Notes under the pieces: generated by a model
Databases searched by the model: none
Told to the model about the DNA's origin: nothing
What the model saw: the letters and a program-made list of their open reading frames with translations, nothing else
NCBI GenBank assembly: GCA_036562215.1
Contig: DATCKO010000153.1
Coordinates: 1-42,569 of the forward strand
Source: Haloplasmataceae bacterium
Lineage (GTDB): Bacteria > Bacillota_I > Bacilli_A > Haloplasmatales > Haloplasmataceae
Direction: 5' to 3'
Length of the DNA stretch: 42,569 nt
Position numbers and translations under genes: made by a program
In this document: in pieces, positions 23,098 to 32,848 of the stretch
Layout of the letters: each line of letters opens with the position of its first letter
Position numbering within the stretch: position 1 is the first letter of the stretch

Positions 23098-23295
23098 TTA
23101 AATATCACTATCACTAATAACCTTCTTGAGTTTTCTTTCAAACTCTGACCTTGGCATTAATACACTTCTACCACATTTTAAGCATTTTATTCTAATATCG
23201 GCTCCCATACGAATAATCTGCCATTTATTTTCACCACAAGGATGAGCTTTTTTCATCGTGACGATATCATTAAGTTGAAAAACTTTAGTCTGCAT
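23098..23295 (-). CDS. DUF951 family small protein (YyzM-like)
   Basis: 65 aa. HPCG..W..IRMGADIRIKCLKCGRSV matches the DUF951 pattern. It sits at the conserved position downstream of spo0J. Confidence 0.75.
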   Translation of the reverse strand: MQTKVFQLNDIVTMKKAHPCGENKWQIIRMGADIRIKCLKCGRSVLMPRSEFERKLKKVISDSDI

Positions 23296-23307
23296 TTTTC
23301 CTCCTTG

Positions 23308-24195
23308 TTAGTCAATAAGATTAACAATATCATCTAGATTAAGAATTTTTAATATCCGGTTTAAATCTTCATTACTCACATAATCAATGACGATTTTACC
23401 ACCATGCTCTTTATTAACAATTTTAGTTTGAGTACCTAGTTTTAAGGTTATTTGCTCTTCCAAATAATCTAAATTGGTGTCTCTTTCTATTTTTTTTGAT
23501 TCTTTAATTATAGAAGTAACAACTTCTTCTGATTTTATAAGTTGTTCAAGAGAGCGAACAGATAAATTTTCCTTTTTAATTTTATCAGCTAATTCGATAA
23601 TGCGTTTCTTATCATCAAGACCAGCTAAAATTTTCGCATGACCAAACTCGATTTCTCCTTCGTTTAACATATTTTGAACTGGTTCTGGTAAATTCAAGAC
23701 ACGAAGTACATTAGTAATATGGCTTCTACTTTTTCCAAGACGTATTGCTACTTCTTGTTGGGTCAAATTATATTGCTCTATAAGCATTTTATATGCAAAT
23801 GCTTCTTCTATAACAGTTAAATTCTCTCTTTGGAGATTTTCTAATAAGGCTACTTCAGCCATTACTTGTGGATTAATATCTCTTATGATAGCAGGAATTG
23901 TTTCTTTTCCTAATTTCATTGAAGCCTTAAATCTTCTTTCACCAGCTACTATGTAATAACCAATACCATCATTAATCTTCGTAACAATAATTGGTTGTAA
24001 AACACCATGCTCTTTAATGGAGTTAGCTAATTCTTCTATTTTTTCATCATCAAATTTTTTCCGAGGTTGAAAAGGATTTTTCTTTAATTCTGTTAATCTA
24101 ATTTCCACAATTTGCTCATTATCTTGTTTTGTTTCATCAAAATTTAAATTGTTTTTGAATAAAGCATCAAGACCCTTACCTAATCTACTAGACAT
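23308..24195 (-). CDS. parB: Chromosome partitioning protein ParB/Spo0J
   Basis: ParB box GERRFKA and HTH LGKSRSHITNVLRVLNL. It overlaps the 3' end of soj by 8 nt. Confidence 0.92.
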   Translation of the reverse strand: MSSRLGKGLDALFKNNLNFDETKQDNEQIVEIRLTELKKNPFQPRKKFDDEKIEELANSIKEHGVLQPIIVTKINDGIGYYIVAGERRFKASMKLGKETIPAIIRDINPQVMAEVALLENLQRENLTVIEEAFAYKMLIEQYNLTQQEVAIRLGKSRSHITNVLRVLNLPEPVQNMLNEGEIEFGHAKILAGLDDKKRIIELADKIKKENLSVRSLEQLIKSEEVVTSIIKESKKIERDTNLDYLEEQITLKLGTQTKIVNKEHGGKIVIDYVSNEDLNRILKILNLDDIVNLID

Positions 24196-24952
24196 TGTTT
24201 TTCTTCACTTCCTCTGCTAAATCCAAATAGACTTTAGCACCTTTAGATGTTGGAGCATAATCAATAATTGGCAATCCATGTGATGGTGATTCAGCTAGAT
24301 GAACATTGCGGGGAATAATTGTTGAATAAACCTTTTCTCTAAAGAAAGTCTTAACTTCTTTAGTAACCTCAATTCCCAAATTAGTTCTAGCATCGAACAT
24401 CGTTAATAATACGCCTTCTAATGCTAAATTACTATTTAAATATTTTTGTGTTATTCTAATTGTATTCAATAATTGCGTTAACCCTTCAAGGGCATAATAT
24501 TCACATTGTACAGTAATAATAACAGAATCAGCTGCAGTTAAAGCATTAATAGTTAATAACCCCAAAGAAGGTGGACAATCAATAATAATATAATCATATT
24601 TTTCTTTATATTTTCTTATCGCATTGCTTAAACGGTATTCTCGATGTTGTGTTCCAACTAATTGTACTTCAGCACCAGCTAAATCCATTGTAGATGGAAT
24701 AATATCGAGATTATTAAGACGCGTTTTAATTATTATATCATCAGCATTAACTTGATCAATTAAAATATCATATATACTTTTCTTTAAATCGCCTCGATTG
24801 ATACCTATTCCTGTCGTAGCATTACCTTGAGGGTCAATATCAATTATCAATACCTTGTCTCCTAAGCGATTTAGACTAGCGGCTAGATTTATACTTGTAG
24901 TGGTTTTTCCCACGCCACCTTTTTGATTAGCAATCGCAATTATCTTTCCCAT
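24188..24952 (-). CDS. parA: Chromosome partitioning ATPase ParA/Soj
   Basis: Deviant Walker A NQKGGVGKTT. AAGGAG lies 8 nt before ATG 24952; the track start 24970 is a TTG. Confidence 0.93.
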   Translation of the reverse strand: MGKIIAIANQKGGVGKTTTSINLAASLNRLGDKVLIIDIDPQGNATTGIGINRGDLKKSIYDILIDQVNADDIIIKTRLNNLDIIPSTMDLAGAEVQLVGTQHREYRLSNAIRKYKEKYDYIIIDCPPSLGLLTINALTAADSVIITVQCEYYALEGLTQLLNTIRITQKYLNSNLALEGVLLTMFDARTNLGIEVTKEVKTFFREKVYSTIIPRNVHLAESPSHGLPIIDYAPTSKGAKVYLDLAEEVKKNNV

Positions 24953-25022
24953 AATTGATCTCCTTGTCAAAAATTTATATTAATATTTTACCATATTAAT
25001 ATAAGAAAAGATAGTACAAAAC

Positions 25023-25055
25023 AAAAAAAGTTTTCCACCAACTGTGGAAAACTTT
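25023..25055 (-). terminator. noc terminator hairpin containing inverted DnaA-box-like 9-mers
   Basis: AAAGTTTTCCAC-CAACT-GTGGAAAACTTT, followed on the minus strand by a 7-U tract. TTTTCCACC is at 25031-25039 and TGTGGAAAA at 25043-25051. Confidence 0.75.
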
Positions 25056-25071
25056 CGTTTTCTGTTGAATA

Positions 25072-25872
25072 TTATTTAGTCTTTGGAATCTTAATTTGAT
25101 ATATGAAGTATTCTTCGTCCTCTATTTGATTAGTCTCTAATTCTAATCCAGATTGCTCTTTAACCATAAAAATGGCATGATTAATTGTATTTATCGCAAT
25201 TCGGGCATCTTTTGATATTTTACTAATAATTTTACCTTTTGGTTTATCATCTTTATTTAGTAATTTATTAATATAATTTTCTGTTTCTTTAACGGTCATT
25301 TCTTTTTCAATAATTCTTTGTAATACTTTTAGTTGTGTGGCATCATCTTTAAGAACTAATAAGGCTCGAGCATGTCTTTCGGTTATTAATCTATTTAGTA
25401 TCGCGTTTTGTACTTCATCAGGTAAATTTAAAAGACGTACCTTATTAGCAATCGTTGATTGTGATTTACCAATTTTACTTGCTAATTCTTCTTGTTTTAA
25501 ATTATTGATTTCCATTATCGCTTTAAATGCTTTAGCTTCTTCAATCGCGGTTAAATCTTCTCTTTGCAAGTTTTCAATCAATGATACACTAGCTGCTTCA
25601 AAATCATCGAGATTTTTAATTATGGCAGGTATAGTCTCCAAACCTAATAAAAGACAAGCACGATATCGCCTTTCGCCAGCGACTATTTCATATTGCTTAT
25701 TTTCTTTCTGACGAAGAATAATTGGTTGTAATACTCCATGTGTTTTAATTGACTCTGATAACTCTTGAATTTTCTCATCATCAAAGATTGAACGAGGTTG
25801 ACTGTCGTTAGCAACAATTTGTGATAACTTAATATGCTCTATTCTCTCTTTACTACTTGAAAAAAGATTCAT
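25072..25872 (-). CDS. noc: Nucleoid occlusion protein (ParB paralogue)
   Basis: GERRYRA, GKSQSTIANKVRLLNL and the Noc-typical ITERHARAL. It sits at the conserved position upstream of soj. Confidence 0.85.
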   Translation of the reverse strand: MNLFSSSKERIEHIKLSQIVANDSQPRSIFDDEKIQELSESIKTHGVLQPIILRQKENKQYEIVAGERRYRACLLLGLETIPAIIKNLDDFEAASVSLIENLQREDLTAIEEAKAFKAIMEINNLKQEELASKIGKSQSTIANKVRLLNLPDEVQNAILNRLITERHARALLVLKDDATQLKVLQRIIEKEMTVKETENYINKLLNKDDKPKGKIISKISKDARIAINTINHAIFMVKEQSGLELETNQIEDEEYFIYQIKIPKTK

Positions 25873-25893
25873 ATTCTCCTCTCCCCATCTAAA

Positions 25894-27126
25894 TTAATTA
25901 TTATTATCAAGATGTTCTAAATCATTATCGTTTTTTGTACTTGTTTCATATATTTCATTAAAAATATCTTCATTTAATAGGAAAAATTTTAAGATTTCTT
26001 TATCGAACATTTCTTTTGCTTCATTACTGCTTAAATAAGCAACAATCTGTTCATGGCTCAAATTATTGATATAAGGTTTCTCATTACGTAAATGCTCATA
26101 GAAAATCACAAAGCCAATAATTTTATCTTCTAATGACATATCAGGATTCATGAACATAAATTCATAATTTTTGATATAATCAACTTTATTTTCTGTTTGA
26201 TTTTTATAAGTTGTCGACAATATAAAACTATAGAATTTTGTTAATTGGTAAGTTGACATAGTTTCAAAATGATTTAACTCTTTTTTCAATAGATAACTAC
26301 CGAATTTTTTTCCTAAAATTCTTTGTGGATTTTTATACAATTGTAAATCAAAATAACGTTCTAACTTCTTTTGTAAATCATCTCTTATAAAAAAGGAATG
26401 GCTAAATAAATCTAAATATTTAAATAATCTTACTTTTGTATTTTCATTAACATAAGTATCAGTATAATTAACTAATACTCCCTTTTCTTCTAATAAGCGG
26501 TAAATGGTTTCATGATATTTTAGTTCCATTTCTTTTTGTATTTCTAATTTATTATATAAGTCATCTATCTCTTTTTCATTATAAAAAGTTCTTATTGTTT
26601 GTACAGTTAAAATTATTATTAAAATACCTTCGAGTAAATAGGAAAGTAAATATTTTGGATAATTAGGATAATTTACAGGTATAATAGCATCACGGTATTT
26701 AAAATTGATTATCGTACTAAAGATAAAAATTATAAAATAACCTAAACTGACAGCCTTTCTATCTTTAAAAACACTAATGATTGCTGTCGCAAGATAAATG
26801 AGCATATATGTTGCAGGATTTTGAACATTAATAAAAATGTTAATCATGACAACAATCGTACCAATAATTGATATATACATCGCAAGATATAATTGCTCAT
26901 TACTATCTTTATTAATTAAAATAGCATAAGATATTAATAAATTCAAGGCAAAAACTGGGAATACAATGTGTAAAAAGTTTATGAACTTCATTTCATTAAA
27001 GATCAAAATTAATGTCGCAATAAAATTAGAAGCAAAGATAATAGTATTAACGAAAACAATTCTTGTTTTTAAATTGCGCATTTGCTTTTCATAAACTAAT
27101 TCTTTATTTTCATACAAGTAAGACAT
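25894..27126 (-). CDS. Membrane protein: about 6 TM helices, a coiled-coil linker and a cytoplasmic degenerate HD-GYP-like domain
   Basis: 410 aa. Hydrophobic segments span aa 22-178. The tail SLEDKIIGFVIFYEHLRNEKPYINNLSHEQIVAYLSSNEAKEMFDKEILKFFL parallels the HD-GYP C-terminal consensus (IPL.ARIIAVADvyDAlTSdRPYrkAlS.EEA...L....G..FDP.vV.aFL). HD, HHE and GYP residues are absent. SD AGGTGGTGG lies upstream. Confidence 0.6.
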   Translation of the reverse strand: MSYLYENKELVYEKQMRNLKTRIVFVNTIIFASNFIATLILIFNEMKFINFLHIVFPVFALNLLISYAILINKDSNEQLYLAMYISIIGTIVVMINIFINVQNPATYMLIYLATAIISVFKDRKAVSLGYFIIFIFSTIINFKYRDAIIPVNYPNYPKYLLSYLLEGILIIILTVQTIRTFYNEKEIDDLYNKLEIQKEMELKYHETIYRLLEEKGVLVNYTDTYVNENTKVRLFKYLDLFSHSFFIRDDLQKKLERYFDLQLYKNPQRILGKKFGSYLLKKELNHFETMSTYQLTKFYSFILSTTYKNQTENKVDYIKNYEFMFMNPDMSLEDKIIGFVIFYEHLRNEKPYINNLSHEQIVAYLSSNEAKEMFDKEILKFFLLNEDIFNEIYETSTKNDNDLEHLDNNN

Positions 27127-27149
27127 GATACCACCACCTATATTTATTA

Positions 27150-27857
27150 TTATAAAGGTTTGTTTTTTATTTGACTATAGTTTCGTGGATATTTGTTAGG
27201 AGTTTTATCATTTTTCATAAAAATGAATATATTTCTAATACCGCCTGAAAAAGGTAGATTAAACTCTTCCTTTTTGGACAACTTACAACCTAAAATATTA
27301 ATTGCTTTATTAGCTTCTTGTAATTCTTCTTCACCACTTTGTCCTTTCATAGCGATAAAATGTCCTTTTTCTTTTACTAAAGGAATACATATTTCTGCTA
27401 AGATGTTTAGTTTAGCTACCGCTCTAGCCACAACAACATCAAAATATTCTCGTCTATGAGAAACATATTCCTCAGCTCGCATATGAAATGCATCTACATT
27501 CTTTAAATCTAATACTTTAAATAGGTGATGTAAGAAGGTAATTCTTTTGCCTAATGAATCAATAATCGTTACATTAATATCAGGTCTTACTATTTTTATG
27601 GGAATACTAGGAAATCCAGCACCTGAACCCACATCACATAACTTACAGCCATTTTCTAAATCATGATAAAATAATATAGAAAGCGAATCATAAAAGTGTT
27701 TTAAATAAACATCCTCTTTGTTCGTAATAGTGGTGAGATTAGTTATTTCATTATAACTAATCAAGGTTTCATAATAGAGACTAAATTGCTCTAATTGTCG
27801 CTCATTAAGAATTATTCCTTTATCTTGTAAGGCTTTTTTGAATTCATTTTCCTTCAT
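27150..27857 (-). CDS. rsmG: 16S rRNA (guanine527-N7)-methyltransferase
   Basis: SAM motif DVGSGAGFPSIPIKI. ATG 27857 lies just after the mnmG stop (27862), whereas the track start 27896 overlaps mnmG. Confidence 0.9.
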   Translation of the reverse strand: MKENEFKKALQDKGIILNERQLEQFSLYYETLISYNEITNLTTITNKEDVYLKHFYDSLSILFYHDLENGCKLCDVGSGAGFPSIPIKIVRPDINVTIIDSLGKRITFLHHLFKVLDLKNVDAFHMRAEEYVSHRREYFDVVVARAVAKLNILAEICIPLVKEKGHFIAMKGQSGEEELQEANKAINILGCKLSKKEEFNLPFSGGIRNIFIFMKNDKTPNKYPRNYSQIKNKPL

Positions 27858-27861
27858 AAAC

Positions 27862-29742
27862 TTAATCTTCCTTATTATTCCGCTTATATGAATCAATATA
27901 AACCATTAATATCGCTATATCGCTTGGATTTACACCAGAAATTCTTCCGGCTTGTCCAATTGTTAATGGTCTAATCTGATTTAATTTTTGTCTAGCTTCA
28001 ATTGCTAAGTTTGATATTTTATTATAATCAATATCGCTAGGAATTTTCTTTTCCTCTAACTTGCTTAGTTTTTCAACTTGTGAAGTCATTTTTCTGATAT
28101 AACCATCATATTTTATTTGAATTTCTATTTGGTCAATTTCTTCTTTTGTTAAATTACTCTTTTCATTTAATAAGGCCATTATATGATTATAATTAATTTC
28201 CGGACGTTTTAACAAACTTAAGGCATTAACTCCATCTTTCAAAGTGCTAGAATTAATGGAATTTAAATACTCATTTACCTCTGTAGTAGGATTAATTTTT
28301 ATATTAAACAAGCGTTCTTTTTCCCTTTCGATATTCAACATTTTTTGCTTAAATTTGGCATACCGTTCTTCATCAATTAAGCCTAATTGATATCCATATT
28401 CCCGTAAACGAATATCTGCATTATCATGTCTTAGTAAAAGACGGTATTCCGCTCTTGATGTAAGTAGACGATAAGGTTCACTAGTACCTTTGGTTACTAA
28501 GTCATCAATCATTACACCAATATACGCTTCATTACGCTTTAAGATAAATGGTTCTTTCCCTTGTAGTTTTAAGGCAGCATTTATACCAGCCATCAGTCCT
28601 TGACCTGCAGCTTCTTCATACCCACTTGTACCATTAACTTGACCAGCAAAATATAAACCTTTAATTAATTTTGATTCTAGTGTTGGCCATAATTGTCTAG
28701 GGTCTATCGCATCATAATCGATGGCATAGGCATATCGGACGATTTGACAATTTTCTAATCCCGGTATAGTATGAATCATTTCTTCTTGTACTTCTCTAGG
28801 TAAACTTGTCGAAAAACCTTGAACATAGATTTCTGGTATATAAACACTTTCTGGTTCTAGAAAAATCTGATGACGTTCTTTATCTGCAAATCGCACCATC
28901 TTATCCTCAATGGATGGACAATATCTTGGACCTCTACTATCCAAATTTTTAATCGCTCCATACATTGATGATTTTTCTAAATTAGCCATAATAATTCTTT
29001 TGGTTTCATCGGTTGTATAAGTTAAGTAACATGGAATTTGCTTATCTAGAGGTTTAAACTCTGTCGTATCATAACTAAAGGCTAAATACTCCATATCACC
29101 GGGTTGAATTATCGTTTTACTATAATCAATACTATCTATTGCTACTCTTGGTGGTGTACCTGTTTTTAAGCGCATTGTTTTAAAGCCTAATTTTCGTAAA
29201 TTATCTGATAAATTTCGAGATGGTTTTTCATTATCAGGACCACTTTCCCAAGTTTCACTACTTATCATAATACGAGCTTTTAAATAGGTACCTGCAGTCA
29301 AGATAACAATTTTCGCAAAGTATTTTTCCTCGTTCTCTAAAACTATTCCTTTAATTTCATTATTTTCAACTATTAAATCATCAACCATTTCTTCAATAAT
29401 GGTTAAATTTTTTTGCTTAAATAAAGTGTGTTGCATATTTTTTGGATAATCTACTTTATCTGCTTGTGCTCTTAACGCTTGAACCCCAGGACCTTTACCA
29501 GTATTTAATAAACGCATTTGAATCTGGGATTTATCAGCATTCCTACCCATTTCGCCACCTAAAGCATCAATTTCTCTTACCACAATTCCCTTTGCTGGTC
29601 CTCCTATAGATGGATTACATGGCATATGGGCTATTCGGGAGATTTTAGCGGTTACTAACATAGTATTAAAACCCATTCTTGCTGCAGCTAATGCTGCTTC
29701 ACATCCTGCGTGTCCTCCTCCAATTACAATGATGTCTAACAT
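27862..29742 (-). CDS. mnmG: tRNA uridine-5-carboxymethylaminomethyl modification enzyme
   Basis: [20 protein letters not shown] site and full-length GidA similarity. The track start 29769 is a TTG. Confidence 0.93.
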   Translation of the reverse strand: MLDIIVIGGGHAGCEAALAAARMGFNTMLVTAKISRIAHMPCNPSIGGPAKGIVVREIDALGGEMGRNADKSQIQMRLLNTGKGPGVQALRAQADKVDYPKNMQHTLFKQKNLTIIEEMVDDLIVENNEIKGIVLENEEKYFAKIVILTAGTYLKARIMISSETWESGPDNEKPSRNLSDNLRKLGFKTMRLKTGTPPRVAIDSIDYSKTIIQPGDMEYLAFSYDTTEFKPLDKQIPCYLTYTTDETKRIIMANLEKSSMYGAIKNLDSRGPRYCPSIEDKMVRFADKERHQIFLEPESVYIPEIYVQGFSTSLPREVQEEMIHTIPGLENCQIVRYAYAIDYDAIDPRQLWPTLESKLIKGLYFAGQVNGTSGYEEAAGQGLMAGINAALKLQGKEPFILKRNEAYIGVMIDDLVTKGTSEPYRLLTSRAEYRLLLRHDNADIRLREYGYQLGLIDEERYAKFKQKMLNIEREKERLFNIKINPTTEVNEYLNSINSSTLKDGVNALSLLKRPEINYNHIMALLNEKSNLTKEEIDQIEIQIKYDGYIRKMTSQVEKLSKLEEKKIPSDIDYNKISNLAIEARQKLNQIRPLTIGQAGRISGVNPSDIAILMVYIDSYKRNNKED

Positions 29743-29881
29743 GTATAAGGCATCTCCTTTATATAGCAATTTAATTATACATACAATATTATTCTACCAT
29801 AACTTACATAATTTTATCACGACTTATTATTAAAGTAAAATATGTTAATAAAGGATTTTTGCTTACTTATTTACAAGGAAC

Positions 29882-29909
29882 TTGCATTATATGATAATAG
29901 TGTTATAAT
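29882..29909 (+). promoter_or_regulatory. trkAH promoter with extended -10
   Basis: TTGCAT (29882-29887), 16-nt spacer ending in TGT, TATAAT (29904-29909). Confidence 0.6.
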
Positions 29910-30008
29910 GATTAAAAATTCCATTCTTATATAAGAAAGATATATTTTCTTATAATTTATCAGTAAATTGTGTAAAAATAATTATATATATCTAATTTGG
30001 AGGAAAAG

Positions 30009-31364
30009 ATGAGAATAATAATTGTTGGTGTGGGAAAAATAGGTCTTACAATTACCGAAATGCTATCACACGAAGAACATGATATTACCATAATTGATAC
30101 TAATCAAGCCATTGTTCAGAACGTCATAGATACTTACGATGTAAAAGGAGTAGTTGGAAATGGTGCAAGTAATGAAGTATTAATGAACGCTCTAGCACAA
30201 AAATCCGACATCCTTATTGCTTCGACTTCTAGTGATGAAATTAATATTCTAAGTTGTTTAGTAAGCAGAAAATTCGGAGTTAAATATACAATAGCTAGAG
30301 TTCGAAATCCTGAATATTCTAGCCAAATTGATTTTTTTCACAAGGTGTTAGGAATTAGTTTAATTGTCAATCCAGAACTTGAAACAGCTTATGAAATTTA
30401 TCGAATACTCCGTTTTCCACAAGCCTTAAAAATTGATAGTTTTGCCAACGGAAGAGTAGAAATTGCGGAAATGATTGTAAAAAACAACTCTCCATTAGTT
30501 GGTAAATCACTTAGTGAAATACGTAAAGAGTTAGATGTTAATGTATTAATATGTATTGTCGAAAGAAACCAAAGGACTTACATTCCTGATGGAAATTTTA
30601 TTCTACAAGCTAATGATAGAATCTATGTGAACGCTGAAAATTATGAAGTTAACCGGTTTTTTAAAAAAGCTGGTAGTGTGATGAGTAAAGTAAAAACAGT
30701 TATGATAATAGGTGGTAGTAGAATTGCATATTATCTAGCTAAACGATTAGTTAAATCGAAAATTATGGTCAAAATTATTGAAATAGAGAAAAAAAGATGT
30801 GAAGAGTTTTGTAAGCTTTTACCAGAAGTTGATATTATTTGTGGTGAGGGAAGCGATCAAGCACTATTATTTGAAGAAGGTATTGAAAACGTTGATGCTT
30901 TAGTTACTTTAACTGGATATGATGAAGACAATATAATTATTTCTTTATTTGCTCAAACCATAAAGGTTCCAAAGATCATCACCAAAGTTAATCGATATAA
31001 TTTATCTAGTATATTAAAGAAAATTAATTTAGATTCCATTATTACACCAAAAGAAGTTATAGCCAATCAAATTATTCGCTATATCAGGTCATTAGAAAAT
31101 ACAATTGAAAGTGAAGTACGAACACTCTATAAACTTGCTAATAATCAAGTGGAGGCATCAGAATTTTATATATCAGAACCAACTAAGTTTACTGGAATCC
31201 CATTAAAAGACTTAAAATTAAAACCTAATACCTTAATCGCTAGTATCATAAGAGGCAATCAAGTCATTATTCCAAGTGGTCAAGATTATATGCTACCAAA
31301 TGATAGTGTCATTGTGGTTACTAATAATAATTATATTCATAATTTAGAGGATATCATTCTATAA
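30009..31364 (+). CDS. trkA: Potassium uptake protein TrkA (two RCK/NAD-binding modules)
   Basis: Rossmann motifs MRIIIVGVGKIG and VMIIGGSRIA. GGAGG (29999-30003) sits before ATG 30009; the track start is a TTG. Confidence 0.9.
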   Translation: MRIIIVGVGKIGLTITEMLSHEEHDITIIDTNQAIVQNVIDTYDVKGVVGNGASNEVLMNALAQKSDILIASTSSDEINILSCLVSRKFGVKYTIARVRNPEYSSQIDFFHKVLGISLIVNPELETAYEIYRILRFPQALKIDSFANGRVEIAEMIVKNNSPLVGKSLSEIRKELDVNVLICIVERNQRTYIPDGNFILQANDRIYVNAENYEVNRFFKKAGSVMSKVKTVMIIGGSRIAYYLAKRLVKSKIMVKIIEIEKKRCEEFCKLLPEVDIICGEGSDQALLFEEGIENVDALVTLTGYDEDNIIISLFAQTIKVPKIITKVNRYNLSSILKKINLDSIITPKEVIANQIIRYIRSLENTIESEVRTLYKLANNQVEASEFYISEPTKFTGIPLKDLKLKPNTLIASIIRGNQVIIPSGQDYMLPNDSVIVVTNNNYIHNLEDIIL

Positions 31365-32812
31365 TGAATTATCGTATTGTCCTACAGACCCTTGGAAAAA
31401 TTCTTATACTTGAAGCAATTTTATTAATCGTTCCCTTAATTGTCTCTTTCATTTATCATGAAAAACATCTTTATTTACCTTTTATTATTACGATTTTTGT
31501 AACTGCTGTTATTGGTCTTTTACTTGTTTTTTTACTAAAAAAACCTAATAAAATGATCTTTGCTAAAGAAGGATTTGCAATTGTAAGTCTTAGTTGGATA
31601 TTAATCAGTCTTTTTGGTTGTTTACCATTTATATTTAGCAAAGAAATACCAAATTTCTTTAATGCTTTCTTTGAAACAGTTTCAGGTTTTTCTACCACTG
31701 GAGCATCAATTCTTAATAATGTTGAAGATTTAAGTAGAGGATTATTATTTTGGCGTAGTTTTACCATTTGGATAGGGGGTATGGGGATATTAGTATTTGT
31801 TCTAGCATTCCTACCTAATATAAATGAACGAAGTATGTATATACTTAAAGCCGAAAGCCCTGGACCTAAAATTGGTAAATTAGTTTCTAAAACAAAAATA
31901 ACTGCCCGCATTTTATATGGTATTTATATAACCCTATCCATTACTTTAATCATTTTATTAAGTATAGGTGATATGCCCTTATTTGATAGTGTTATTCACG
32001 GTTTATCCACAGCTGGTACGGGTGGCTTTAGTATGAAAAATAATAGTATTGGGGCTTACAATAGTCTATATTCTGAAATAGTCATAACAATATTTATGTT
32101 ACTTTTTTCAACAAATTTTAACCTTTTTTATCTAATTCTCATAGGTCAAAGTAAACAAATATTAAAGAATGAAGAATTCCTTTGGTATTTAGGCATTGTT
32201 TTTATCGCCATCACTATTATTACTCTTAATACATTAAATACCTTTGGCAATATCTTTACTGCATTAAGACATTCATCCTTCCAAGTAGCTTCCATTATTT
32301 CTACTACGGGATTTTCCTCATATGATTTTAATACCTGGCCAACTTTATCAAAATGGGTTATAATAATTTTAATGTTTACTGGTGGTTGTGCTGGAGCAAC
32401 ATGTGGAGGAATAAAAATATCCCGAATTGGTATACTTTTTAAATCAATTATTAATGAAATTAAAATTTCCATACATCCTCGTCAAGTTACAACGATACGA
32501 TATGAAGGTAAACCAGTTGAAAAGCAAATAATTAAAGAAGTATCATCATTTTTTATCGCTTATATCTTTATTTTGCTTATAGGTACTTTGATTATTAGCA
32601 TAGAAAATTATGACCTTGTGACAAATTTTACAACTGTTTTGTCTTGTTTAAGTAATATAGGACCTGGTTTAAGTGCTGTTGGTCCCATGGGAAATTACTC
32701 TATCTTTTCTAGTTTTTCAAAACTATTCTTATCATTTATTATGTTGGCTGGTCGATTAGAAATCTTTCCAATACTAATACTCTTTTCTCCAAAAATGTGG
32801 AAAAAACTATAA
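31364..32812 (+). CDS. trkH: Potassium uptake membrane protein TrkH
   Basis: Multi-TM protein with pore-loop motifs (VSGFSTTGAS, STAGTGGFS, ISTTGFS). Its ATG overlaps the trkA stop (TAATG). Confidence 0.9.
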   Translation: MNYRIVLQTLGKILILEAILLIVPLIVSFIYHEKHLYLPFIITIFVTAVIGLLLVFLLKKPNKMIFAKEGFAIVSLSWILISLFGCLPFIFSKEIPNFFNAFFETVSGFSTTGASILNNVEDLSRGLLFWRSFTIWIGGMGILVFVLAFLPNINERSMYILKAESPGPKIGKLVSKTKITARILYGIYITLSITLIILLSIGDMPLFDSVIHGLSTAGTGGFSMKNNSIGAYNSLYSEIVITIFMLLFSTNFNLFYLILIGQSKQILKNEEFLWYLGIVFIAITIITLNTLNTFGNIFTALRHSSFQVASIISTTGFSSYDFNTWPTLSKWVIIILMFTGGCAGATCGGIKISRIGILFKSIINEIKISIHPRQVTTIRYEGKPVEKQIIKEVSSFFIAYIFILLIGTLIISIENYDLVTNFTTVLSCLSNIGPGLSAVGPMGNYSIFSSFSKLFLSFIMLAGRLEIFPILILFSPKMWKKL

Positions 32813-32814
32813 AA

Positions 32815-32842
32815 AAGACCGTAGTCATAGGACTATGGTCTT
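32815..32842. terminator. Bidirectional terminator between trkH and asnS
   Basis: AAGACCGTAGTC-ATAG-GACTATGGTCTT (one G-U pair), flanked by an A-run and TTTC. Confidence 0.65.
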
Positions 32843-32848
32843 TCTATA

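Noticed and set aside
23308-25872. parS (TGTTNCACGTGAAACA) and Noc-binding (ATTTCCCGGGAAAT) sites
   Set aside because: I scanned for CACGTG and CCCGGG cores and found none in or near spo0J/noc. The scan was manual, so absence is provisional.
29842-29934. 30-aa ORF (MLIKDFCLLIYKELALYDNSVIMIKNSILI) in the mnmG-trkA intergenic region
   Set aside because: It has no SD, spans the predicted trkA promoter, and such an ORF is expected by chance in AT-rich spacer sequence.
29910-30008. c-di-AMP (ydaO/kimA-type) riboswitch upstream of trkA
   Set aside because: The leader is about 100 nt and almost pure A/T. The G/C-rich conserved cores of that class are absent.
31471-32472. Minus-strand ORFs 31471-31911 and 32146-32472
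   Set aside because: They are antisense to trkH, with no independent signals.
32794-32802. TGTGGAAAA DnaA-box-like 9-mer at the 3' end of trkH
   Set aside because: It is a single isolated 9-mer inside coding sequence (KMWKK codons), consistent with chance occurrence.
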